From IMG/VR virus record IMGVR_UViG_3300045988_160579: 63,236 bases of DNA; one strand, 5' to 3'. Shown piece by piece: positions 53,009 to 60,549 of the stretch (position 1 is its first letter; the number at the start of each line of letters is the position of its first letter). The notes beneath the pieces were generated by a model that saw nothing but the letters and a program-made list of their open reading frames with translations, ran no database searches and was not told the origin of the DNA. The DNA comes from a virus. The position numbers were made by a program, and so were the translations under genes.

Positions 53009-54166
53009 TTAAAATACTACATTGGTTAATTGACGGCCACGACTCATTATACACCATTTTCCCTTTTCAGGCTGTTCTATGCGTAACTCTTCAACACGCC
53101 CAAAACGCCGGAAATTCCCACTCAAATCAACAACCCAACCCTCTTTACCTTGGCAGGGACGAATAACACGACCGACCATTTGATAATAGAGGGAAAGGGA
53201 TTTGGTTGGACGTGCAAGAACAATCGTATCAAGCTCCGGGTAATCGAATCCGGTTGTAAGTACTCCGACATTAGCAACAACTTTTATTCTTCCATCTTTA
53301 AAACCTTTCAGAATTCGTGCCCTTTCCTCCTTTGGAGTAGAACCGCTAACGATCGCACAATTAGGAATTTCGGAAGCCAGTTTTTCAGCTTCACGAATAA
53401 ACCTCGTGAATATTAAAATACCTTTGCGTGGTATGCCCGATTTGGGGTTCAACAGACGTTTTGTCCATCCAACTATATCTTTGTATATGTCCACACGTTC
53501 AAACTCTTGCAGAAGACTTTTTTCATCGTAATCTGCACCAGTAGAATTAGTCCTGACTCTACTTAAATCCAACTTTGTAATATCATAGTATTTCAAACTT
53601 GCGAGAAATCCTTTAGCAAGCAGTTCACTCACCTGACAGTGATAAATAACATCAGTGAAAACCTTTGGCCGGGTACGAGTTATAAATTTAAGCATAGCAC
53701 CACCTCTTCCTGAACATAATCTGTAAGGAGTCGCTGTCAGCCCAATAACTTTCCTTTGCTCATCTTCAAAGAATTCCTTATACATTCCTTTCTCCGGATT
53801 CACTAAATGACATTCATCAATCAGAACGTGCTTGAAATGTTTGAAGAAACTCATGTGTTTCATCACACTACCAATCATAGCAAACGTAATACGATTGATA
53901 TCCTTTCTTCCGGCAGAAGCTGAATAAACTCCACAATCGAATATGCCGTATGATTGAAGTTTCGCAAAATTTTGTTCGAGTATTTCCTTGCTAGGCTGGA
54001 ACACTATCAGCGGCCCGTCTATCCGTGCAGCTATATTGGCAATGACAAGGGACTTCCCGGCACCAGTGGGAAGAACTATCACGTAGTTTTTCTTTTCCTT
54101 GGATTTAAAAACGCTGACCGCTGCATCACTAGCACTTTTTTGGTAGTCTCTTAACTGGTATGTCAT
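53009..54166 (-). CDS. SF2 DEAD/DEAH-box helicase
   Basis: 385 aa. Walker A at LPTGAGKSLV, motif II at LIDECH, and helicase C-terminal motifs (VLTTGFDYPELD, QMVGRVIR). Confidence 0.85.
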   Translation of the reverse strand: MTYQLRDYQKSASDAAVSVFKSKEKKNYVIVLPTGAGKSLVIANIAARIDGPLIVFQPSKEILEQNFAKLQSYGIFDCGVYSASAGRKDINRITFAMIGSVMKHMSFFKHFKHVLIDECHLVNPEKGMYKEFFEDEQRKVIGLTATPYRLCSGRGGAMLKFITRTRPKVFTDVIYHCQVSELLAKGFLASLKYYDITKLDLSRVRTNSTGADYDEKSLLQEFERVDIYKDIVGWTKRLLNPKSGIPRKGILIFTRFIREAEKLASEIPNCAIVSGSTPKEERARILKGFKDGRIKVVANVGVLTTGFDYPELDTIVLARPTKSLSLYYQMVGRVIRPCQGKEGWVVDLSGNFRRFGRVEELRIEQPEKGKWCIMSRGRQLTNVVF

Positions 54167-54438
54167 AATTTGATGTGATATTTATGAACTTTCGAATGAC
54201 AGTCACCACAAAGGGTAACGAGACAATCAAGATGTTCAAGCTCATGACCAACGATTGATTTTCCGTTAACCCTGTATGTTTTGTGGTGAATCTCTAAATT
54301 AAAGTCTTTACCGCACATCTGGCATTTATGTCCGTCCCTAATACGAACTTTACGCTTGGCTTCTTCCCAATCTGGATTATTCACAAGCCGCTTCACATAG
54401 TTGGACTTCCTGCCTTTTTTGTGCTGCAATCTACTCAT
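54163..54438 (-). CDS. HNH endonuclease
   Basis: Track ORF extends to 54516; likely start is MSRLQHKK. RDGHKCQMCGK...EIHHKTY...LVTLCGDCHSKVH. Confidence 0.7.
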   Translation of the reverse strand: MSRLQHKKGRKSNYVKRLVNNPDWEEAKRKVRIRDGHKCQMCGKDFNLEIHHKTYRVNGKSIVGHELEHLDCLVTLCGDCHSKVHKYHIKL

Positions 54439-55099
54439 CGTCTTCCGGTTCTTCTTCAGGAAGTTTATCAGACAGGTCTTCTTCGAACTTGTCCCCATAA
54501 TCTTCTGTATCATCAATAGGACGTTCTACTTCAGGATATTCAATACCAAACAAATCAAGCATCGCTTTTCTGTTTCGATCTTCCTGTGCCCAAAGAGAAC
54601 GTTTGTCCCAATCAGGAATTTTTTCAGCTTTCACAAGCTTAAACTCACCGTTCACCCATGAATAATACAGGAAATATCCATCAAGAGCAAACCGGATCGT
54701 ATTCTTACTTGAAAGATGATACTCCCTCGTCCCCTTTTTGACCTCGGCAGCCAGGTCTTTAATTTCAGTCTTAATAGAAGCTAACCTGTCTTGTGCATCA
54801 CTCTTAATTTTCTTTGCACGTTCAATGGCTTCCAACAGTTCACGTTCGCGTTTGGGGACCTCATTCTCTTGCTTGATGCAATACTCTTCACGAATTTCGG
54901 AAATCTCAAATTCATCCAGTAAACGTTGTGTCACCTCACTTTCAGGGAATGTAGCATTGAAATGCTCATTCACCAACTTTATCAATTCATCTACATTCGT
55001 AGAACCCTGAAATAAAACAGGGGGAAATTTTTCCCGAATAGAATCGGGAACTACAAACTCGATTGTCTCGGGTTCGTAGTTTCTCAAATTTGCAATCAT
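54431..55099 (-). CDS. hypothetical acidic coiled-coil protein
   Basis: 222 aa; ORF track. Confidence 0.5.
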   Translation of the reverse strand: MIANLRNYEPETIEFVVPDSIREKFPPVLFQGSTNVDELIKLVNEHFNATFPESEVTQRLLDEFEISEIREEYCIKQENEVPKRERELLEAIERAKKIKSDAQDRLASIKTEIKDLAAEVKKGTREYHLSSKNTIRFALDGYFLYYSWVNGEFKLVKAEKIPDWDKRSLWAQEDRNRKAMLDLFGIEYPEVERPIDDTEDYGDKFEEDLSDKLPEEEPEDDE

Positions 55100-55117
55100 A
55101 AATTATAAAAGGATTAA

Positions 55118-55570
55118 TTAGTACCGGTTTTGGTACTCATGAATAAAATCTAAGTAATGCTGGTCTTCAGGCAATGGAAGTGTAATACCAAACTCGGTGG
55201 CCGCATCTATTTTCACGCTTTCCATGAAATTATGCATCTCTAAAGTATTAAGTTTACTTGTTCCTCGCACAATAGTTTCCACCTTACCATTCACATGAAC
55301 CTGTTTCACAAGAAACTTCTTACAATACAAGTCATGTATATCCTGAACTCCAGCAGCAGTGCTCCAATACTCTTCACCTGTGTATTCACGCAAACAGGCA
55401 CCAATACACTGAAACCATTTCCACATGAGAGCATTTTGATTTAATGTTCTCGGCTGTGTTTTTTTCTTAATGGTTACAGTGTATTCTCCATTACGAAGTG
55501 TGCTGCACATGAACTCGAAAGACTTATCCATTTGGATTTTGCCATCTTTCTTCGTCAATGTTGCTTCCAT
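55118..55570 (-). CDS. ninB: NinB/Orf-like recombination mediator
   Basis: 150 aa. TIKKKTQPRTLNQNALMWKWFQCIG and RGTSKLNTLEMHNFMESV match the lambda NinB pattern. Confidence 0.65.
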   Translation of the reverse strand: MEATLTKKDGKIQMDKSFEFMCSTLRNGEYTVTIKKKTQPRTLNQNALMWKWFQCIGACLREYTGEEYWSTAAGVQDIHDLYCKKFLVKQVHVNGKVETIVRGTSKLNTLEMHNFMESVKIDAATEFGITLPLPEDQHYLDFIHEYQNRY

Positions 55571-55576
55571 AACCTA

Positions 55577-56026
55577 TCAGAATGGCAAATCGTCCTTGGT
55601 CGGTGGTGGCGGTGGCGGGCACTCATTCACCGCACTTCGAGTCTGATTATTGGTGTGTTCCGGAAGAGGTGGCGGTGGTGGCGCTTGTTGAGGCTTAACA
55701 GAAAGCATCTCCATATTATCAACAAAAAGTTCTGTAATATACCGTTTAATTCCTCTGCTATCATCATAACTCCGAGTTCTTATCTTTCCTTCCAGATACA
55801 ACTTGTCTCCCTTATGGACATACTTCTCAACAACATCGGCAAGACCACGCCAAACAACAATATTATGCCATTCAGTTCTTTCAGGAACCTGTGTTCCATT
55901 GGCAAGGGTATAACCTTTTTCAGTGGTGGCAAAGGAGAAAGTGGCCACTTTAGAACCAGCTTCCAAAATTCTAATATCGGGGTCTTTGCCAACATGCCCG
56001 ATAAGCATCAATTTATTTAAACTCAT
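55577..56026 (-). CDS. ssb: single-stranded DNA-binding protein
   Basis: 149 aa. OB-fold LNKLMLIGHVGKDPDIR...TEWHNIVVWRGLA, Pro-rich linker and DDLPF tail. Confidence 0.9.
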   Translation of the reverse strand: MSLNKLMLIGHVGKDPDIRILEAGSKVATFSFATTEKGYTLANGTQVPERTEWHNIVVWRGLADVVEKYVHKGDKLYLEGKIRTRSYDDSRGIKRYITELFVDNMEMLSVKPQQAPPPPPLPEHTNNQTRSAVNECPPPPPPTKDDLPF

Positions 56027-56946
56027 GATTTATCCTCCCTTATTGTTACACGGATACTATCAGCTTTAGGAACTGTTTTGATATACTTAGAATATAATTC
56101 CGGATAGTCAGCCTGAAACTTTTTAGTATCAAAATTGTCACTCGTAGAAGCGGGTGTATAACTAACTCGCAATCTTCCGGCATCCCATGACTTGACACCA
56201 TTCTCACGCATAGCAGTTTTCAATTTTGCCTTATAATCTTTCTGAATCTTGGTTAGACCTGCAAGTTCTTCCTCAATCCCGATTATAGTATTTACAAGCT
56301 GCACTGGAATAAGTAACTTGTCATCATCAGGGGTAGGAACGGGAAGATTGGATAGATATTGCTCACCCTTCTTCTCGCATTCCATTAACTTCTTGACTTC
56401 TTTATCAGGCTTACGAGGAATTTCAACCAATTCATGTTTATCACCACGTACCCAAATGCCGAACAATTTATCAACTTTGAGTAATGGATTTTGAAGTTCA
56501 AAGAAATAAGCATAGATTGACAACTGCCAACTTAAATACTCCTTATCAAGATGAAGGGTAGTTTTGATGTCAACAAGACTAATCCTACCGGCTTTCTCCC
56601 AAACACAATCTATATTCGATGCAAAGTATTCGTTATCAGAAACGGTATATTCATTGGCAAGCGCCTTATATCCGGCATTTACCCTCATTCTGATATAATT
56701 CTCTGCTTCAATACTTTCAGGAGGTAAGCCTGTTACATCAGCAAACTGGCATTGAGCATGAATAAGGCTACCCTTCTCTGCAGCTCTCTTCAATACAAAA
56801 TCGGGGACATCTTTATATTTGTCAGGGAACAACTGCCGGCTAATCATACCGGTTATACCTTGCAACTGTTTTTCACCGAGCATATAAGTGTGGTTTTCCT
56901 CATTGAAAACCACACTGGATTTCACTAATTCTATCATTATTATCAA
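56023..56946 (-). CDS. PD-(D/E)XK family exonuclease (recombination exonuclease)
   Basis: 307 aa. NIDCVWEK...ISLVDIKT (D...DxK). Coupled to the upstream annealing-protein gene by a 4-nt overlap. Confidence 0.6.
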   Translation of the reverse strand: MIIMIELVKSSVVFNEENHTYMLGEKQLQGITGMISRQLFPDKYKDVPDFVLKRAAEKGSLIHAQCQFADVTGLPPESIEAENYIRMRVNAGYKALANEYTVSDNEYFASNIDCVWEKAGRISLVDIKTTLHLDKEYLSWQLSIYAYFFELQNPLLKVDKLFGIWVRGDKHELVEIPRKPDKEVKKLMECEKKGEQYLSNLPVPTPDDDKLLIPVQLVNTIIGIEEELAGLTKIQKDYKAKLKTAMRENGVKSWDAGRLRVSYTPASTSDNFDTKKFQADYPELYSKYIKTVPKADSIRVTIREDKS

Positions 56947-57725
56947 TTTCTAGGAGGATACGTTTTCTGCATGTCAATAGTTATGTTTCTGAACTCCTTA
57001 TTATTGTGAAGTTCGGGATGTTCAGTCCAAACTCTCTCAAGCTCTTCGCGGCTTTTAACACCAGTCATTTGTTTAATTGCACGATCCAGGTCTACACCAG
57101 TATATACTTTGCCCGAAGCGTTTGAAGCAGAAACATTGGGAGCATATACTTTTTCCTTTGTATTACCATAAGCAAAACGAACGCGGTTTTTATTGTCCAC
57201 AATAACAAGTAAAATAATCTCCTTTTGCTCGTTATAACCAATCTCTTTTACACTGAATTTGGTGTATAGAGCAGGAGAACCTGTTTTGCTCTGATATATT
57301 TCATTTTTCTCAAGTGGAATCCAAATGAAAGGACCCGTATAAAGTTCACGCCCAATTCCCCAGTTAAATCCTGCACGTTTAAAGGCGTCCGAAGCCTGCC
57401 CTTTCTCTTTTTCTGTGCTAGATTCTGTCCCAACATCCTGTTTACTCACCCATTCCTTCTTTTCATTATCCCAAATGGACAACGTACAGAATAGATTCCC
57501 ATTAACGACATCATGGTGCCGTTTCCAGTTCATTTCTCCGAACACTTCATCAAGTATTCTCATGTCTACTCGAGCATCCTTGTATAATAGCAAGGAGCAG
57601 CCCGAACCGTCCGGTTTCATAGTACCAACCCTACATTCAATTTCAGAAGCTAGAAGCGGTCTGATAGAATTTTTCTTCTTCTCTTCATTCTGAACCGTTG
57701 ATACAGTGTTTTTTCTCGCTGTCAT
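56943..57725 (-). CDS. Rad52/Sak-like single-strand annealing protein
   Basis: 260 aa. MRILDEVFGEMNWKRHHD...GQASDAFKRAGFNWGIGRELY. Confidence 0.6.
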   Translation of the reverse strand: MTARKNTVSTVQNEEKKKNSIRPLLASEIECRVGTMKPDGSGCSLLLYKDARVDMRILDEVFGEMNWKRHHDVVNGNLFCTLSIWDNEKKEWVSKQDVGTESSTEKEKGQASDAFKRAGFNWGIGRELYTGPFIWIPLEKNEIYQSKTGSPALYTKFSVKEIGYNEQKEIILLVIVDNKNRVRFAYGNTKEKVYAPNVSASNASGKVYTGVDLDRAIKQMTGVKSREELERVWTEHPELHNNKEFRNITIDMQKTYPPRN

Positions 57726-57829
57726 AATTCTAATTTAATGGTTTGACTTTTAGCTCATTACATCAGTAAAGGTAATCGTTATTGACAAGTTTAGCAAACA
57801 GAAACTTCGCCATTTTAACGCCATTTTCA
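57726..57829 (-). promoter_or_regulatory. repeated promoter/operator cassette, copy 4
   Basis: AAAATGGCG x2 (57827-57819, 57816-57808), TTTG (57798-57795), N20, TACCTTTA (57774-57767), and the AAAAGTCAAACC box (57751-57740), 14 nt before the ATG. Confidence 0.55.
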
Positions 57830-57835
57830 GGTAGT

Positions 57836-57871
57836 AAAAACTGCCTGTACGATATTGTACAGGCAGAAAAA
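57836..57871 (-). terminator. strong terminator ending the tRNA-like RNA block
   Basis: ctgcctgtac (57841-57850) pairs with gtacaggcag (57857-57866), a 10-bp stem. The T-run on the minus strand is plus-strand aaaaa at 57836-57840. Confidence 0.7.
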
Positions 57872-57961
57872 TAAGAAAATGAATAATCCAATGTACCTTA
57901 TGGAACGGCTACGCTTTGAAGGGTGTACGGCTCCCTGATTTATACATAATGTAAATGCTAG

Positions 57962-58044
57962 TGGACGGAACCGGAGTCGAACCGGTCTCACGGAATATTG
58001 GTGCACCTCACCGCAGTTTCAACCAACGATATACATATCCGCCC
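57962..58044 (-). tRNA. tRNA-like RNA T1 (83 nt) without a canonical D or anticodon arm
   Basis: Acceptor GGGCGGA/TCCGTCC with G3-U70 and A73; T arm ACCGG-TTCGACT-CCGGT. The 49 nt in between contain GTTGGTT, but I found no 5-bp stem with a 7-nt loop. Confidence 0.4.
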
Positions 58045-58145
58045 GATTAATTAAAAAGGTGCACTATCTTCACAGACCATACACCCCAATCACAAACACA
58101 AAACAAAACTCATGAACTACTATAATTTAATTAGGATCAGAAGGG

Positions 58146-58212
58146 TGAATGGCGTGGGGATCGACCCCACATCACGCATATCTGCGTATGCTGCCAATTA
58201 CACCAGCCATCC
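58146..58212 (-). tRNA. tRNA-like RNA T2 (67 nt) with a tetraloop in place of the anticodon loop
   Basis: Acceptor GGATGGC/GCCATTC; D arm GTGT-AATTGGCA-GCAT; T arm GTGGG-GTCGATC-CCCAC. The anticodon position is occupied by ACGCA-GATA-TGCGT. Confidence 0.4.
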
Positions 58213-58439
58213 GTTTTAAGTGAACTATTCTCACGAACCATTCACCTAGAACACAAACACAAAATAAAACACGACATTAACTATTAAATAGCACTCTCAC
58301 GAGCTTCTTGCTTCCGGATAGCCGTTCAAAGCACACCGGAATAGTATAGAACAATTAAAACTCAAATAACAGGGGCTTTAACCCTACAGCGTCCTTTTCG
58401 CTGGCAACATTAGTTAAACATAAAAAGAAAAATTCTCTG

Positions 58440-58537
58440 TGAAGGAACCCGGACTCGAACCGGGATGATAGATTACCTATGTATGACTTTCTTCAATCTA
58501 TCTGCATACTTGCGTTTACCAATTCCGCCATTCCTTC
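58440..58537 (-). tRNA. class II (Leu-like) tRNA-like RNA T3 (98 nt) with a 19-nt anticodon loop
   Basis: Acceptor GAAGGAA/TTCCTTC; D arm TGGCGGAATTGGTAAACGC; variable arm ATAG-GTAAT-CTAT; T arm CCCGG-TTCGAGT-CCGGG. The GTATG/CATAC stem encloses CAGATAGATTGAAGAAAGT. Confidence 0.4.
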
Positions 58538-58629
58538 AGGTCGTAGCCAGACGCTTCCGGCTACATTGATTGTATATATAATGCAAATATATTTTCACCC
58601 TCACGGGTTACTTAACTCTGATTGAGTTG

Positions 58630-58700
58630 AGCCGGGAAACGGATTCGAACCGCTGACCTCATGTAGAAACATGCGCTCTGACCAACTGGGCTATCCCGGC
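58630..58700 (-). tRNA. tRNA-like RNA T4 (71 nt; Arg-UCU-like) with an anticodon arm 3 nt too short
   Basis: Acceptor GCCGGGA/TCCCGGC; D arm GCCC-AGTTGGTCA-GAGC; variable loop AGGTC; T arm AGCGG-TTCGAAT-CCGTT. The anticodon arm is only 14 nt (CATGT-TTCT-ACATG, or CATG-TTTCTA-CATG). Confidence 0.45.
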
Positions 58701-58762
58701 AGATGCCCGGCGAACCGGGCTAAATAAACATGACAAATACTAAAATTAAGCAATGCAGACCT

Positions 58763-58954
58763 TCACAGGCTATCTTTATTTTGTTTCCTATCTTCGTAGT
58801 ATCGAAAACAGATATAATTCACTGATACGACAGTCACCAATACAAAAGCAGCAATAAATTCTTTCTTGCTAACTTCAATGCTATCTATAAGATACAGTGT
58901 TGTCCATAAGGCAATGAACATCATGGCATACTGTATCACTTTAATCTTTTTCAT
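58763..58954 (-). CDS. small membrane protein (63 aa)
   Basis: Two hydrophobic helices. Followed by the gcccgg-cgaa-ccgggc hairpin (58704-58719). Confidence 0.4.
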   Translation of the reverse strand: MKKIKVIQYAMMFIALWTTLYLIDSIEVSKKEFIAAFVLVTVVSVNYICFRYYEDRKQNKDSL

Positions 58955-59208
58955 TTCTTCCGTTTTTTAGATTTAACTTTCCTTCCCGCACATCGGCAAT
59001 GAAGTAATACTTGAGCAGCATTACAATGCCACTTGCCGTTTTGGACATTAGTGGGCTTATCACTTTCAATCTTACCCGCTTCTATAAGATTCATCAATTT
59101 CTTTTCCCCACCCACATAATACGCAGACTTATCTTTTCCAAACGTTTCTGTAGAAAACAGACGGAGAATATTATCTAGCAATATTTCAGCCATTTCACCT
59201 CTGATCAT
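58951..59208 (-). CDS. hypothetical basic protein
   Basis: Track ORF extends to 59283; an internal start (MIRGEMAEILL) avoids overlap with the upstream ORF. Lys/Arg-rich tail. Confidence 0.4.
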   Translation of the reverse strand: MIRGEMAEILLDNILRLFSTETFGKDKSAYYVGGEKKLMNLIEAGKIESDKPTNVQNGKWHCNAAQVLLHCRCAGRKVKSKKRKK

Positions 59209-59225
59209 CTCAACAAGCAAGGTAG

Positions 59226-59456
59226 TTATGCAATTCTGGTTACTATAAACTGCATATTTTTTACATCTGACTTTGTTTTCCAAGCCATTCCTTCAGCTTT
59301 TTCTTTATAAAGCCGAGCATTCAATGTATTAGTTACAGACGGTTTCTGAACGATAGGAAATACTTCTATTGCACCAACATCCATACTCCGTAATACATCA
59401 ATTACGTTACGTCTCTGAATATCCTTTTCCATACAATCTAATTTTAAATTAAACAT
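59226..59456 (-). CDS. hypothetical protein (76 aa)
   Basis: ORF track. Starts 3 nt after the 3' end of the tRNA-shaped RNA T5. Confidence 0.4.
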   Translation of the reverse strand: MFNLKLDCMEKDIQRRNVIDVLRSMDVGAIEVFPIVQKPSVTNTLNARLYKEKAEGMAWKTKSDVKNMQFIVTRIA

Positions 59457-59458
59457 TG

Positions 59459-59592
59459 AAGCGATGAGCGGATTCGAACCGCCGACCTCTGCTTGTGGTG
59501 CTCTTCCGTTAAGCTAAGAGTATTTCTTGAGAGACTCGAACTCTCAACCATCCACCACACACAGCGCTCTAACCTGCCTGAGCTACATCACC
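59459..59592 (-). ncRNA. 134-nt tRNA-shaped RNA T5 with a 12-bp helix plus two hairpins replacing the anticodon loop
   Basis: GGTGATG-TA-GCTC-AGGCAGGTTA-GAGC-G-CTGTGTGTGGTG-[GATGG TTGAGAG-TTCGAGT-CTCTCAA GAAATA CTCTT-AGCTTAACGG-AAGAG]-CACCACAAGCAG-AGGTC-GGCGG-TTCGAAT-CCGCT-CATCGCT-T. Confidence 0.45.
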
Positions 59593-59866
59593 TTTATATA
59601 CATAAAGCAAATACCTCGATTTGCCGACAAACGTCTAACTGATTTAGTTTTACAACGATACGGCTTGACCATTAACCACAGCATTATATCGTTGAGAAGC
59701 CCGCCTACGTCAGTAATCCCTTTCGGCACGTGTCGGCTTCCAAAACACCATTTTACCAATATGTCAAAGAACTCTTCTCTGTTGTTCCCAGTCTCCCTTC
59801 AAGGGCAGGCTCAAAGACCGGACTGGGTACCGGATAACCGGCGGTTTGGTTTGACTTTAATGAGGG
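59593..59866 (-). ncRNA. ~270-nt structured non-coding leader upstream of T5
   Basis: No credible ORF. Multiple helices on the minus strand: CCCAGTC/GACTGGG, GAAGCC/GGCTTC, AACGATA/TATCGTT, GCAAAT/ATTTGC, GCCGACA/TGTCGGC. Starts with AAAGTCAAACC. Confidence 0.35.
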
Positions 59867-60103
59867 TTAGAGAATACTTTGGTTGTTCTTCAAAACTATG
59901 TCCATTAAGTTTCGTTGCGATTCAATAAATTTCTTCAAATCATCACATTGGGAAACTTTCTCTCTATAAAATCCACGTTCTGATTCTAAATCTCGTTTGA
60001 GTTTTTCATTTTCACCTCTCAAAGAGCTGATCAACGCGTCTCGTTCTTCAATCACAGCTTCATATTTGTCTCGCTGTATTTCTAGTTCGGTTCTTTTATC
60101 CAT
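59867..60103 (-). CDS. hypothetical coiled-coil protein (78 aa)
   Basis: ORF track; early leftward operon. Confidence 0.45.
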   Translation of the reverse strand: MDKRTELEIQRDKYEAVIEERDALISSLRGENEKLKRDLESERGFYREKVSQCDDLKKFIESQRNLMDIVLKNNQSIL

Positions 60104-60118
60104 TGTTGTATAATTTGA

Positions 60119-60412
60119 TTAATCTCCGACGTAATGTGCACCGTAATGAGTACTATTTGGGTTGTAGTAAGCGGAAGCGGGAATATTAAGGTTATTATAT
60201 TCCTTGCTAGGTGTATCTTTGGCAGTCTTGCTCATAGCTTCATGTCTTTCAGCTAAAAATTTATCAGTTCTTGATTTCACTGCTTCCGGTGAGAAACTTT
60301 CTTGGAGTTTTGCGAAGCTCCATGCAGATTTTAAACACTCTGAAAATGTTTTTCCACCCTTCTTGTAATTGCGGTGTGCAGACTTCATTATTTGTGATAA
60401 ATTGTAGCTCAT
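60119..60412 (-). CDS. first early (leftward) gene, hypothetical (97 aa)
   Basis: Divergent from the repressor gene across the 60413..60565 switch region. Confidence 0.5.
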   Translation of the reverse strand: MSYNLSQIMKSAHRNYKKGGKTFSECLKSAWSFAKLQESFSPEAVKSRTDKFLAERHEAMSKTAKDTPSKEYNNLNIPASAYYNPNSTHYGAHYVGD

Positions 60413-60484
60413 AATCGTTATTTTTTAATTGGTTTTATCAATCATTTTTTGTATGTTTGTATGATTGATTGATTTATGATGCAA

Positions 60485-60549
60485 ATATATCCTCAAATGT
60501 GGATATATAAAAATTAAAAACCTATTTTATATCACCATTTGTGGATATT
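60485..60549. promoter_or_regulatory. operator-like inverted repeats in the immunity switch region
   Basis: ATATATCC-N8-GGATATAT (60485-60508) and TATATCACC-N6-GGATAT (60526-60548). The TGTGGATAT half-site recurs at 60498 and 60540, 42 bp apart. Confidence 0.5.

Noticed and set aside
58630-58700. A suppressor tRNA (CTA triplet in the loop of T4) implying stop-codon reassignment, as in some Bacteroides phages.
   Set aside because: The loop is 3 nt too short for any anticodon presentation. All long ORFs, including the 2057-aa and 1301-aa proteins, are open under the standard code with normal stops. The one in-frame stop I found (39804-39806) is TAA, not TAG.
59527-59928. A 133-aa plus-strand ORF across the 59.5-59.9 kb region.
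   Set aside because: It runs antisense through the tRNA-shaped RNA and the structured leader, and its translation has no recognisable features. The RNA interpretation explains the region better.
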